A DNA stretch of 64,000 nt from Eledone cirrhosa (GCA_964016885.1 OZ024760.1:20584001-20648000); one strand, 5' to 3'. Shown: positions 38,541 to 51,938, counted from the first letter of the stretch. Numbers and translations: made by a program. The notes: generated by a model not told the origin, from the letters alone.

Positions 38541-39165
38541 CTAGGGCGGGTAAAATTCCTGAGATCCATGGACGAGTTCTCTCCAGCGGTCTCTGCCCCT
38601 CATTATCGCTGCCATGTCCTGCGTCTCCAACAGACCAGTGTCTGTCCTTAGGGCATCAACATATGTTAACCTCGGTCTTCCTCTTCCAATGTGTCCATGC
38701 AGGGGCTCCCACAGGTGCACTGAGTGCAGTGTCAACTCTGGATGTCGGTGAGCATGTCCAGCTAACCTCAGTCTCCTCTGTGTCACTTTTGAGCTGACTT
38801 TTGGGAGGCTCCCATACAGCTCTGAGTTCTTCATCCTCAGTGTATACTGATTAATGTTCAGAGCCATCCTCAGCATTCTCGTGTAGCAGCCATCCACCAT
38901 CTGAGTGAGTCTCTTGGTCAGTGTCCAAGTCTCAGACCCATACAGCATCACAGACTCCAGTACAGCAACGAAGAGGCGGATCTTCAGGTCTTTACGAAGG
39001 TCCGATTTCCACACCGATCTTAAGCTGTGGCACGCCGCCCAGGCTTTGCTCTTCCTCTCGACCACATCATCTTCCATATTTCCAATCTTTGCTCCCAAAT
39101 ACAGGAAGCCCTCAACCAATTCTAGCGGCTTCCCGCCTACATTAGTAATCCCCTCTGGCTTCTTA
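38541..39165 (-). mobile_element. RTE-like LINE reverse transcriptase C-terminal fragment
   Basis: LELVEGFLYLG...ESVMLYGSETWTLT...RRLRLAGHAHR...GRGRPRLTY. Confidence 0.9.
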
Positions 39166-39552
39166 ATATATATAGTTGTATATATTGGAGGCACATGGCT
39201 TAGTGGTTAGAGCATTGGCCTTGCAATCGAAAGGTTGTGAGTTCAATTCTCAGACCGGGTGATGTGTTGTTTCCTTGAGCAAGACACTTTATTTCACATT
39301 GCTCCAGTTTACTCAGCTGTAGAAATGAGATGATAGGGACTGTGGTCCCTATCATTCCACTACAAAGTGGTTGTGGAGGTGCCACGGCAAAAAAGCACCC
39401 AGCACTCACTGTAAATGGGGTTGGTGTTAGGAAGGGCATCCAGCTGTAGAAATCAAGCCAGAATCAGTTCTCGTCCCACCCTTGCAAGCAGGGAAAAGCG
39501 GACGTAAAATGAAATGATGATGATACACTTTGGGAGGGTCATGTTGCATATA

Positions 39553-39614
<62 letters not shown>

Positions 39615-39839
39615 TATATAAAATATATAATTAATATACAAGATTAATTAAATATCAGAACTGACTGGTGAGGGTGGTGCAAGGGGTGGGGAGGAGTGGG
39701 GGAGATGGAAAGGGTGAGGTGGGGGAAGGAGGGGGTAGGGTTGTACACAGTAAATTAATTCTGAGACATTCTTATTGTTATTGTTATTGCTGTTGTTATT
39801 GTGTAATGGAATGGAGTTAGCATAGTTTTGAGGAGTAAA

Positions 39840-40975
39840 ATGGTGGTGGTGGTGGTGGTGGTGGTGGTGGCGGTGGTGGTTGTGGTGGTGGTGGTGGTGA
39901 TGGTGGTGGTGATGGTGGTGGTGGTGGTGATGGTGGTAGTGGTGGTGGTGGTGGTGATGGTGGTAGTGGTGGTGGTGATGGTGGTGGCAGTGGTAGTTGT
40001 GGTGGTGGTGATGGTGGTGGTGGTGGTGGTGGTGGTGGTGGTGGTGGTGGTGATGGTGGTAGTGGTGGTGGTGATGGTGGTGGTGGTGGTGGTGGTGATG
40101 ATGGTGGTGGTGATGATGATGGTGGTGGTGGTGATGATGGTGGTGATGGTGGTAGTGGTGGTGGTGATGGTGGTAGTGGTGGTGGTGGTAGTGGTGGTGG
40201 TGATGGTGGTGGCAGTGGTGGTGGTGATGGTGGTGGTGGTGGTGGTGATGATGATGGTGGTGGTGGTGATGATGATGGTGGTGGTGGTGATGATGGTGGT
40301 GGTGGTGGTGGTGGTGGTGGTGGTGGTGGTGGTGATGGTGGTAGTGGTGGTGGTGGTAGTGATGGTGGTAGTGGTGGTGGTGGTGGTGGTGGTAGTGATG
40401 GTGGTGGTGATGGTGGTGGTAGTGGTGGTGGTAGTGATGGTGGTGGTGGTGGTGGTGGTGGTGATGGTGGTGGTAGTGGTAGTGGTGGTAGTGGTGGTGG
40501 TGGTGGTGGTGGTGGTGGTGGTGGTGGTGATGGTGGTGGTAGTGATGGTGGTGGTAGTGGTGGTAGTGGTGGTAGTGATGGTGGTAGTGGTGGTGGTGGT
40601 GGTGGTGGTGGTAGTGATGGTGGTAGTGGTGGTGGTGGTGGTGGTAGTGGTGATGGTGGTAATGATGGTAGTGATGGTGGTGGCTACTGTTACTGTTGCT
40701 ATTACTGCTGCTGCTACTACTACTACTACTACTACTACTATTTCTACTACTACTACTACCACTGCTGCTGCTACTACTACTACTACTACTACTATTTCTA
40801 CTACTACTACCACTGCTGCTGCTACTACTACTACTACTACTACTATTTCTACTACTACTACCACTGCTGCTGCTACTACTACTACTACAACTACTGCTGC
40901 TGCTGCTACTACCACTGCTGCTGCTGCTGCTACTGTTGCTCTACTGCTACTACTACTACTACTACTACTACTACT
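39840..40975. repeat. (GGT/GAT)n then (CTA/CTG)n low-complexity tract
   Basis: Direct inspection. Confidence 0.95.
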
Positions 40976-41859
40976 GTCCAAGACCACACCATTCAAGGGA
41001 GGTTCAGCTGCTATTTTTAGCAGGACAAACGAACGGCCCTGTGGAGATTCTATTCTTAATGTGGAGCAGAAAATTGTTGTTGTTGTTGTTTAGCCCCATG
41101 TTAGATCTGACTGAGCAGACCTATGATCAAAGACATTCCAACAGTGACCATCCTGTCTATATATAAATACAATACTTCAGAAAACACAGTGTATCTAGGC
41201 CAACATCATCTAATGTGTCTTTAATACAACAAACACAAGCTGGAATTTGAAGTTAAGTTAGCTGTTATTTCTAGCAGAGCAGACGGCTGTTTAGAGATTC
41301 CCCTTGTCAGATTATCAGACTAAATATAATTGTTTCTACTTTTTGGCACAAGGCCAGCAATTACTCAGTGTATTACTGGTACTTTATTTTATCGACCCCG
41401 TAAGGATGAAAGGCAAAGTTAACCTCTGCAGGATTTGAACTCAGAATGGCAAGGGCCGTAACTCTATGCGTCAAAGCATGGCGTCTGACCCTCTACCGAT
41501 ACTGCCAATCCACTTAATAATTGTTTCTACTATTGGAACAAGGCCAGCAATTATCCCAGTGCATTACTGGTACTTTATTTTATCGACCCCGTAAGGATGA
41601 AAGGCAAAAATCAACCTCGGCGGGATTTGAACTCAGATCGTAAAGGGACGTAACTCTATGCTGGAAAGCATGGCGTCTTACCCTCTACCGATACTGCCAA
41701 TCCACTAATAATGATTGCTTTATTGATCTGTTCAGTGTGTAGTGTTACTACTATATTGATCAGTATTGATTAAATTTGTATGATAGTTATTGGCTGCTTC
41801 TGGTGTTACACGGGTTTGGAGTTTTGTGGAGTTTCGGTATTGAAAGATGATAAATAGAG

Positions 41860-42564
41860 TGGGTTGTGGTGGTGGGGCTGGGGTTGTGGTGGTGGTGGTG
41901 GTGGAGTTGGGGTTAGTGTTGTAGTGGTGGGGTTAGGGTTGTGGTGGTGGGGCTGGGGTTGTGGTGGTGGTGGTGGTGGTGGAGTTGGGGTTAGTGTTGT
42001 AGTGGTGGGGTTAGGGTTGTGGTGGTGGGGCTGGGGTTGTGGTGGTGGTGGTGGTGGTGGAGTTGGGGTTAGTGTTGTAGTGGTGGGGTTAGGGTTGTGG
42101 TGGTTGGGCTGGGGTTAGGGTTGTGGTGGTGGAGTTGGGGTTAGGGTTGTGGTGGTGGGGCTGGGGTTAGGGTTGTGGTGGTGGTGGTGGTGGTGGAGCT
42201 GGGGTTAGGGTGGTTGTGGTGGTGGAGTTGGGGTTAAGGTGGTGGTGGTAGAGTTGGGGTTAGGGTAGTGGTGGAGCTGGGGTTAGGGTTGTGGTGGAGG
42301 TGGGGGTGGGGTTAGGGTTGTGGTGGTGGGGCTGGGGCTGGGGTTAGGGTGGTGGTGGTGGTGGAGCTGGGGTTAGGGTGGTGGTGGTGGTGGTGGTGGA
42401 GTTGGGGTTAAGGTGGTGGTGGTAGAGTTGGGGTTAGGGTAGTGGCGGAGCTGGGGTTAGGGTTGTGGTGGAGGTGGGGATGAGGTTAGGGTTGTGGTGG
42501 TGGTGGTGGTGGTGGAGCTGGGGTTTAGGGTGGTGGTGGTGGTGGTGGAGTTGGGGTTAGGGTT
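41860..42564 (+). repeat. G-rich satellite with interspersed GGGGTTAGGG
   Basis: Direct inspection. Confidence 0.9.
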
Positions 42565-42777
42565 CCTCTCCAGAGTGCCTTAGTCTGTTCAGCTTCAGGG
42601 ATCATGTTACCTCTTTCTTTCCCCTTCAAGCGGGTTCTTGTCAAACATGGCTCTGTCTATACTGACTAACTGTTTTTATATCGCTTAATCTTTGCACTTT
42701 TTGCTACTATGCGTTGCTTAAGTTCCTCTCATAACATTTAGCTCTTTTCCCTTAGTGTTTTATTTTCAATCTATCTA

Positions 42778-43728
42778 CACTGCTCGGGCATTGCCGATCT
42801 GTGGGGCTATGTCGAACAACTGCTGTCACGTGTAGGATGGATCCCGCTATCAGCTGAGTCCATCGTGAGGATTGCCCCACCCTCTTCCTTTAGCCGGTAA
42901 GGGCAGGCAGTTTTTATCTGTCTGGTGGCCATGGCGAAAGAGATAGTATGGTGGACACGTTTGAAAGGGCTGAAGACGAGCACTTACCTCTTCGGTGATG
43001 CCCTGATTAACTTTTTCAAATTTCATTTGAAAAGGAAGATCAGGGTAGAGAGGGAAGTGCTCTCTTCCCAGCATTTTGTTGAAAGATGGGTGAGAGAAGC
43101 AAGTATGGCCCGTGTGAATGGGCCTACTCTGAGTATGTGTCTGTAAATTAAAGGTGGAAAACTGGGAGAGGGCACTTGCCCTGGTGGTCAGGGTCACTGT
43201 GGCCTTTTAATGGGCTTTCTCCACAAATATCCCTTGGAAGTCTCCCCCCTATTGGGGAATTTTTCATTGTTATTTTTTGTTACATCCTGTTTTTGTTTTT
43301 TTTACACGCAGAAATGCCCATTTGTACCGTCCTGTATTGTCCTTAATGTCTACTTTATGTAAACCCTTGTGGTTAATAAAGAAAGCATTACATCCTCTGT
43401 TTTTTTTTACACGCAGAAATGCCAATTTGTACCGTCCTGTATTGTCCTGTACTGTCCTTAATGTCTACTTTATGTAAACCCTTGTGGTTAATAAAGAAAG
43501 CATTACATCCTCTGTTTTTTTTTACACGCAGAAATGCCAATTTGTACCGTCCTGTATTGTCCTGTACTGTCCTTAATGTCTACTTTATGTAAACCCTTGT
43601 GGTTAATAAAGAAAGCATTACATCCTCTGTTTTTTTTTACACGCAGAAATGCCAATTTGTACCGTCCTGTATTGTCCTGTACTGTCCTTAATGTCTACTT
43701 TATGTAAACCCTTGTGGTTAATAAAGAA
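42778..43728 (+). mobile_element. Tx1/L1-like LINE 3' end with tandemly repeated ~120-bp 3' segment
   Basis: CSGIADLWGYVEQLL...AKEIVWWTRLKG...HFVERW resembles a Tx1-clade ORF2 C-terminus; followed by four related repeats each ending AATAAAG. Confidence 0.65.
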
Positions 43729-43738
43729 ATCATCATCA

Positions 43739-43779
<41 letters not shown>

Positions 43780-43784
43780 GACAG

Positions 43785-44053
43785 GAAGTTCACCAGTTAT
43801 TTGAACAGTTGGACGCCAATGGAAACGGTCAAGTGACATTTGAGGAATTTATGACAGAAATGTTTCAACATTCAAGTACTGCTGCTGAAAAGATAACGCC
43901 ATTGTTGTCTCCTGCACCAAAAATGCAACGCACCAAATCACGACGACGCAAGTCGTTCATTCGTAAGACTGGAATGTCTACCTACGAATCATTCTTTCTC
44001 TCACCTGGGAATTCATCTTTGTCGTTCACCACACTTGATACCAACAGTAGAGG
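43785..44053 (+). CDS. NIN: Ninein-like exon (EF-hand)
   Basis: gacag acceptor, gttagt donor; EVHQLFEQLDANGNGQVTFEEFMTEMFQH has a canonical EF-hand loop; in phase with 20918. Confidence 0.92.
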
Positions 44054-45278
44054 GTTAGTATTGCTGTTGTTGTTGTTGGTGGTGTTGGTGGTGGTGTACC
44101 TGGTGGTGGTGGTGGTGGTGTACCTGGTGGTGGTGGTGGTGGTGAACCTGGTGGTGTTGTTGATGGTGTACCTGGTGGTGGTGGTGGTGGTGGTGAACCT
44201 GGTGGTGTTGTTGATGGTGTACCTGGTGGTGGTGGTGGTGGTGTACCTGGTGGTGGTGGTGGTGTTGGTGGTGGTGTACCTGGTGGTGTTGTTGATGGTA
44301 CCTGGTGGTGGTGGTGGTGGAGTACCTGGTGGTGGTGGTGGTGGTGTTGGTGTACATGGTGGTGGTGGTGGTGGTGTTGGTGTACCTGGTGGTGGTGGTG
44401 GTGTTGTTGGTGTTGTTGATGTACCTGGTGGTGGTGGTGTACCTGGTGGTGTTGTTGTTGGTGTACCTGGTGGTGGTGGTGTTGGTGTACCTGGTGGTGG
44501 TGGTGGTGGTGGTGGTGATGGTGGTGTTGTTGGTGTACCTGGTGGTGTTGTTGTTGGTGTTCTTGTTGTTGGTGTTTGTGTTGTTGATATTGGTGGTGTA
44601 TCTGGTGGTGGTGGTAGTGCTGCTGCTGTTGTTGTTGTTGTTGGTTTTATTGGTGTTGTGTATGTGTGTGCATGCGTATATATGTGTGCATGTGCATATA
44701 TGTGTGTGTGTTTCATCATCATCATCACCGTTTTACGTCCGTTCTTCCACGCTAGCATGGGTTAGACGGGTTGTCCTGTTGTGGGCAGAGTCCGGTCGGC
44801 TGACCATGCCTTGCTCATACGGGAACTGATTCTGGCTCGATTTCTACAGCTGGATGCCCTTCGCGTATATATACATGTATATGTGTATATACATGTATAT
44901 GTGTATATATATGTGTGCCTGTATATATATATATATGTTGTGTAGGTGTCACGACAATAAAACACACAGTCCACGCTGTAATGTGGCCGTGTAGGTAACA
45001 CGTTAAAAACCTCCCAGTCCACGCTGTAAAGGTGGTTGGTGTTAGGAAGGGCATCCAGCCGTAAAAAACCCGCCAGACAGTCCTATACGAGCAAGACAAC
45101 CACTCTTGCCTCAAGTGGGACAATTCCCGTCCAGACCCATGCTAGCGTGGAAAATGGACGTTAAACGATGATGATGATGATGATGATGTGTGTGTATCTA
45201 CATATACATGTGTATATATATATGTATATATATGTTATAATCCATTGGTTTAACTTATTTTAATGTGTTTTGTCTCAG

Positions 45279-45351
45279 ATTCATCAAAAGTGAAGATTTA
45301 GTGGAATTATGGGAAAGCTACGGAATCACCAATGCTGTTGATGTTCTCAAG
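45279..45351 (+). CDS. NIN: Ninein-like exon
   Basis: ctcag acceptor, gtaact donor; FIKSEDLVELWESYGITNAVDVLK (compare ninein WQEEGIENSQEILK). Confidence 0.9.
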
Positions 45352-45414
45352 GTAACTATAGCAACACACACACACACACACACCCACCCACCCACCCACC
45401 CACACACACACACA

Positions 45415-45539
<125 letters not shown>

Positions 45540-45625
45540 ACAAACAATTAATACATTTTTGTGTGCACAATACACAAAAACAAGATGATGTAGGACACAA
45601 CAAAGGAGACACAAAATAAGAAATC

Positions 45626-45670
45626 AGTCACTGAGGAGGTCACAGAATGTGTGACGAAAGAGCTTTGTCA
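45626..45670 (+). ncRNA. Minimal hammerhead motif (paralog of 24102; stem I mutated)
   Basis: agtca-CTGAGGA-g-gtcaca gaatg tgtgac-GAAA-gagc-TT-tgtca. Confidence 0.65.
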
Positions 45671-45849
45671 ATAAATAAACAACCAATCGGTTATTGAACC
45701 AACCAGAAATTTGTAATAAATTGAAGTGAAAACCAACACGTGCATGTGTTTTTATTGGCAACATGACCCTCCCTAAAGTATAACAATATCTATATCTGGA
45801 CAGACAGTTAAAAGTCACACAAAGTTAGCTGCCATTTATTTATTTAATT

Positions 45850-46130
45850 ATTTACGTTCCCGCCAAGGGACTGAGGCCATGCTGGGGCACTGCCACTAAT
45901 GCTATAGAGGCCTTCCCTGGTTGGCCATTGATGCAAAAGGGAGTTTGTTGTTGCTGCTCTTATTTGTGCTTTACCTCGTGTGTAGGTTCACCCGGGATCT
46001 TGGTCAGTAAAATGTCGAGATGTCTCTTGATAACATCTACATGTATACCATGGAGATCCCTCAGGTTTTTTGGCAGCTTATTAAAAAGCTGGGGGTCCCT
46101 TGAACCCCAGGCTATTTCAGTATGCGGTCC
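45850..46130 (-). mobile_element. CR1/L2-group LINE 3' remnant
   Basis: Minus strand reads approximately SLGFKGP...LPKNLRDLHGIHVDVIKRHLDILLTKIPGEP. Confidence 0.6.
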
Positions 46131-46853
46131 TTGTAATGGTGTGTTCTTTTTTTTTACGGTTACCAGGCTTATAACATAGAGATAGACAGACAGCTAAGTC
46201 ACACAATATATCATCATCATCATCAACGTTTAACGTCCATGTTCCATGCTTGCATGGGTTTGGACGGGGGTTTTCCCACTTGAGGCAAGAGTGGTTGTCT
46301 TGCTCGCATAGGACTGTCTGGCGGGTTTTCTACAGCTGGATGCCCTTCCTAACACCAACCACGTTTACAGTGTGGGGCTGGTAGGTTTTTACCGTGTTGC
46401 CTACACGGCCACATTACAGCGTGGACTGTCTGGCGGGTTTTCTACAGCTGGATGCCCTTCCTAACACCAACCACGTTTACAGTGTGGGGCTGGTAGGTTT
46501 TTACCGTGTTACCTACACGGCCACATTACAGCGTGGACTGTGTTTTTTGTCGTGACACCTACACGATCTCATTTGTTTCGGCCTGGATGTTGTGGCACCA
46601 ACATAACTTTACATTGAAAGGGGCGGTGTGGATGGGGTGGGGGTGGTGGGACGGGGGTGTATTTTGTTAGAGATGCCTACTGACTGTAGTAGGTTTTACT
46701 TTGTATTTAGGTAAGGCGGGTCTTCTCTATTACTGAGTACCGCCAAAGATCTCGGTCCAGTGACACTGTCTTGGAGAGGTGTAAGTGTGTGAGGTTGAAA
46801 TTTATCAAGTCGTCCCAAGTTTTTCTGGGTCTGCCTACTCCGTAGCTACCGTC

Positions 46854-46893
<40 letters not shown>

Positions 46894-47008
46894 ATGATAT
46901 TAATAAATGGAAAACTATATTTATAAAACCATATTTATTTTATTATATATATTTCAAGGGTACCAAAATTTTGGTACGCTCTCATCAACATTTATAAAAC
47001 AAATTTTG

Positions 47009-47069
47009 TATTTTATCTGATGAGAGCGTACCAAAATTTTGGTACCCTTGAAATATGTATAATAAAATA
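47009..47069 (+). ncRNA. Minimal hammerhead ribozyme inside inverted repeat 46906-47099
   Basis: tattttat-CTGATGA-gagcgtaccaaaa/ttttggtaccctt-GAAA-tatgta-TA-ataaaata; mirrored truncated copy at ~46936-46987. Confidence 0.82.
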
Positions 47070-47689
47070 AATATGGTTTTATAAATATAGTTTGCCATTG
47101 ATATATATATATATATTTATCTAACTTTACTGCCGAATTGTCAATTTGAGAAATGTAAGCACTTCATTTTTGTCGTCTTTCCCTTTTTCGTAGTCCATTT
47201 AGCCATCAATATTTAACCTGTTATTTATGTTCGTTAGAATCTAATCTCTTTTTTTCTCACTCGGATTTTCATTCATACTCAAACCTTTCTATTGTTATCA
47301 TTACTATTTCACATGTTTTTAATAATATGCCTCAATCTGTTGGACCCTTTCTAGAAACTAATCTTCTCCTAAAGTTTCCCATTTACCTCCCCCCACCCCC
47401 ACACACCACTATTGCTATTTGGTCCAATCATAACTCAGCGGTTTATAGTAAGTTCTCTTACCAATCTCTATCGCAAAGCCACTGCCTCGGTTATTACTCC
47501 TTAAGTTTAGACCTGGTTGCTTTTCTGTATGCTAAATGAACTACAGAATTTGGAGAGTCTGAAGAATCTGAACACTCAAAGACAATGTCAAAGATAAAGA
47601 TAAATTCACCTCCCGCTGGCCAACATAATTCCATCTCCCACACCTCTCCCTGCCCCGTCCAACCCATCCCTTCCACCCACCCAACGAAA

Positions 47690-49045
47690 TCCAAACCTTC
47701 AGAGTTCGTACCATGAACGTAGGCACTTTGAAAGGTTGCTCAAACGAGGTTGTAGAGTTGCTTGCATGTAAGGAAGTTGATGTTTGTTGTGTTCAAGAGA
47801 CTAGGTGGAGAGGTGGGTCTGCTAGATTCATTGTGGGTAAAAAAACGATGCTATAAACTTTTCTGGGTGGGAAATGACAATGGGCTGGGTGGAGTAGGAA
47901 TTATGTTCGCAGAAAAATGGTTAGATAAGGTAATTGACGTAAATAGAGTGAACGACAGAATAATTAAAATAAGACTAGTTCTAAATAGATCTAGTGTGAC
48001 AATAATATCTGCTTATGCACTCCAATCTTGATGTTATAAAAGACAGGTTCTATGAGTCGCTAATGCTCACTACCTCCCAAATAACCGACAGTGACTACAT
48101 AATTATTGCTGTAAACACTAAGTCCCTCCCTCGTAAAGAATGCACCTCCCAACATAGCCTAATAGTTAGTGACCTCATAGGCAGGACTAGATGTACTCGA
48201 TGACAGAGGACTACCTTGAGGGGAAGAATATGGAAGTTGAAGGACCCCACAGTGAGTAACAAATTTAAAAGCATATTACTTGATGCTTTTGACAGTAAGG
48301 AAGAGTAATTAGAGACATACAATATAGAAGAATAGCGGGAATTCCTGAAAATTAACCTACTGAAGGCAACAGATGAAATCTGAGGCTGGAGCAGACTGTT
48401 AGACAGGAGGAGAGTAACTTGGAAAGTATGGCAGGATGGGGGAAGTAGAGAACACTATCTGGTGACTCGGAGAGAAGCTAGGCGACAAGTGTACTTTGCA
48501 AGAAGGGAAGCAGAGGATAGAAAGTTCAAGCATGTTCTACAACGTGAGGACCAAAAATGTGAGGTGTTCAGGATCACAAGACTATGTGTCAAGGAAAACC
48601 CTGATATTGTCGGGGAGAAGTGTATCCGTAATGATAATGGTGTACTTGCCCTCACTGATACTGATAAGAAGGTAGCTTGGAAGTGTCACTACAAGAGACT
48701 ACTACATGAGGAGAATAAATGGGAAAAAGATAGTCTGCCCCAAATCGATCCAATAGATGGACCAGCGGTGCAAGTTAATGGTAGTATAGTAAGTAAGGCA
48801 ATCAAGGATATGATGACAGGCAAGGCAGCTAGGCCTTCAGGGATAGTTGCTGAAATGTTGAAAGCATCTGGAATGGTGGGACATACTATGGTCACCCGGA
48901 TAGTAAACCAAGTAATACAGAATGGGATCATACCAAATGACTGGCATAGCAGTATCATCGTTAACTGCTACAAGGGCAAAGGAGATGCTCTAGATAGGGG
49001 AAACTATAGAAGCATTAAGTTAGTTGACCAGGTCATGAAGGTCAC
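47690..49045 (+). mobile_element. Degenerate RTE LINE: AP endonuclease, linker and RT start
   Basis: TMNVGTLKG, VCCVQETRW, GVGIMFAEKW, YKGKGDALDRGNYRSIKL; stops and frameshifts present. Confidence 0.9.
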
Positions 49046-49139
49046 ATATAAATGTGGGTAATATTAAATATTATCCAATTACAAGTATGAGAATAGCTCA
49101 ATGTAAGGTAACAAATATAATACAGAGCCAAAATATTTG

Positions 49140-49171
<32 letters not shown>

Positions 49172-49236
49172 TGGACAGATAGCTAAGCCATACAAGTTAG
49201 TTGCTATATATTTAATGGTGTCTTTTATTTTACCAG

Positions 49237-49379
49237 GCTTATAACATTGAGATGGACAGACAGCTAAGCCACACAAAGTTAGCTGCCATACTTGAAGATG
49301 AACTGTTGTTTACTGCTGACCACAGTCCAAAGTTACAGGCTGCCATTATTACTTGCCTTCAGGAGTGTAAAAACCTCAG
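49237..49379 (+). CDS. NIN: Ninein-like exon
   Basis: accag acceptor, gtaaac donor; AYNIEMDRQLSHTKLAAILEDELLFTADHSPKLQAAIITCLQECKNL (compare LENELL...QAAL). Confidence 0.9.
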
Positions 49380-49769
49380 GTAAACTCTCTTTTAGTTGAG
49401 TTGATGTTGACATAGCTGTGTGTTGTTGGTTTTTACACTCATAACCGTGTGTGAGTGTTTTTCTCTCTCTGTTGTTTGTTACACTCATGGCTGTTTGCGT
49501 GTGTCTTATTGAATGTTCAAATACCTACTGAATGCTGCTTCCACCAAAATTGCTTCAATGTTGCTTCCAACCAATGTTGTTTCAATGTTGCTTCCACCAA
49601 AGTTGCCTAAAAAATTGTTGCTTTAAATCAAAGTTGTCTCTGTTTAGTTGTGTATACAAATAATATTTTTAACCATGATTAAGTCACACCTATTAATGTA
49701 GTTTTACCTGTTACAACACCTTAACTGATTACGTCTTACTTGTTAATGAGTTTTTACCTGCCACCACAG

Positions 49770-49910
49770 GTGTTTAATGGAAGAAGCATCCCAAGAGCGT
49801 GATCGTCTTATCATTGGTCTGCGAGAATCAAACATACGCAGTCAGATCTTGGCTGAAGAGGATGATGAGAGACATGCCGCTTTGGAGAAAACCTTACAGA
49901 GCCGACTTCA
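49770..49910 (+). CDS. NIN: Ninein-like exon
   Basis: cacag acceptor, gtaagt donor; CLMEEASQERDRL...LAEEDDERHAALEK (compare MASEVDDHHAAIER). Confidence 0.92.
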
Positions 49911-50199
49911 GTAAGTTCCTAACTACGTTTACTTCAGAACGACAAAGTTCGCTGCCATTTATGTTAATGGTGTCTTCAATTTTACTGTTACCAGACATAT
50001 AACATAGAGATGGACACACAGCTAAATCACACAAAGTTACAGGCTGCCATTAAACTATGTTTACTTCAGAACCATATTTTACATTTGTATTGTTTCTATT
50101 TTCTACAAAGACAGCAAATTGGCAGAATCGTTAAAGTACCAGAATTTATTCTGTCTCTCTGTTAGTTTAAATCCTGTCATAGCTTGATAGTATAGTGGT

Positions 50200-50671
50200 A
50201 AGAAACTCTGAGGAGAGCTGGACAGCAGAAGGTCTTCAGAGAAGAAACCTTCAGGAGAGCTGGACAGCAGAAGGTCTTCAGAGAAGAAACTCTGAGGAGA
50301 ACTGGACAGCCAGAAGGTCTTCAGAAAAGAAACTCCTCTGAGAGAGCTGGACAGCAGAAGGTCTTCAGAGAAGAAACTCTGAGGAGAGCTGGACAGCAGA
50401 AGGTCTTCAGAGAAGAAACCTTCAGGAGAGCTGGACAGCAGAAGGTCTTCAGAGAAGAAACTCTGAGGAGAGCTGGACAGCAGAAGGTCTTCAGAGAAGA
50501 AACTCTGAGGAGAGCTGGACAGCAGAAGGTCTTCAGAGAAGAAACTCTGAGGAGAGCTGGACAGCAGAAGGTCTTCAGAGAAGAAACTCTGAGGAGAGCT
50601 GGACAGTAGAAGGTCTTCAGAGAAGAAACCTTCAGGAGAGCTGGACAGCAGAAGGTCTTCAGAGAAGAAAC
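50200..50671. repeat. 42-bp minisatellite, ~11 copies
   Basis: Unit actctgaggagagctggacagcagaaggtcttcagagaagaa. Confidence 0.95.
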
Positions 50672-51714
50672 CCCTTCTCCTCAAGCAAGTGTTTCAGCCC
50701 TTAACTTCTTACACTCTTAGGGAGCAGACCACACCCACATCAACACCTAGGTGCCCTTCTGCTGATATTTAGCCACTTGTATATCAGAGACTTGTGTATT
50801 TAAACCATATGGAGGAGATTTCATTGACAGGATCTAGCTGGAAATCCTCTTTGTTGTTTTGGCTTTCAAGTTTATATAGGGTGGGCCAAAAGTCACTTCT
50901 TACCTATTCTTCTTAATAAAATATTACAAATTAACTCAAAACTAATTTTTTTTATCTTTAAATTAAATTTCATAATTGGATCTTGTTTTTATTCAACTTT
51001 AACCCTTTAGCATTTAAACCGACCATATCCGTCCAGAATGCTCTCACCTCTTTCTGTTCAAACCAACCATAGCCAGCCACTCATACTTATGTTAAGGTAT
51101 TGTTCTCAAAATAAACAATATCAAAATCTCATAGATTCGATATTATGGGAAATAATTTTTCAGGCAAAGCCTTTACCATGAAAATATAACAGTATATATA
51201 GAGTAATGTAAATGCTAAAGGGTTAATCTGAAAGAAAAAAAAATTATATTTTAATAATAAAAAAAAATTATGAATTTTTTAAGAATAGGAAGTGACTTTT
51301 TCCCCTCCCCCTCTCTATATTTAAATGCTTTCATGAGTTTGGAAAAAATAACGTTGGTAGTCTGGTAGCAGCGAGACGAAAACTGTGTCAACTCTGCCGC
51401 CAAATATGTAAATATAATCGCAGTTAAAATGCAAAAAATGCTTGCATTAACAGGTTTAGCACTCCACGTGCTTTGTGACCCAAATGACTTCTAGTAGCAG
51501 TGTGCATATAAAAACCAAACAATATAAAGTGTGTGACACAAATAAATGTGTGTAAACAAATAAATGTGTGTAAATGTGGTGGAGTTGAACCACATAGTTA
51601 CTGGAGAGATTGTCTAAATGATACGCAATTATAATTAGTTTAGAGCCTTACTATGAGTGAAACACATGGTACGTAATTAAACCTTTTGTTAAACTGTCAT
51701 TTTACTCTCAAATT

Positions 51715-51776
<62 letters not shown>

Positions 51777-51900
51777 ATAGCACGACCAACTACAAAAACA
51801 AAGACGGTTGAACTGCTTTACGTTGAGTACTCTCTATATTATTACATTACGATTGACCATACGGAATAGACCAGCTCTATACAGTGGTGAACCTCAAATC

Positions 51901-51938
<38 letters not shown>

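Noticed and set aside
39755-41166. Poly-Thr/Val/Leu ORFs (also 34876-35666, 43982-44829, 57316-58317, 59985-61366)
   Set aside because: Trinucleotide repeats; only the embedded ninein exons are supported as coding.
50103-50684. Ser/Leu-rich ORF, or tandem hammerheads (CTGAGGA...GAAA)
   Set aside because: 42-bp minisatellite; no stem II can form between the two motifs.
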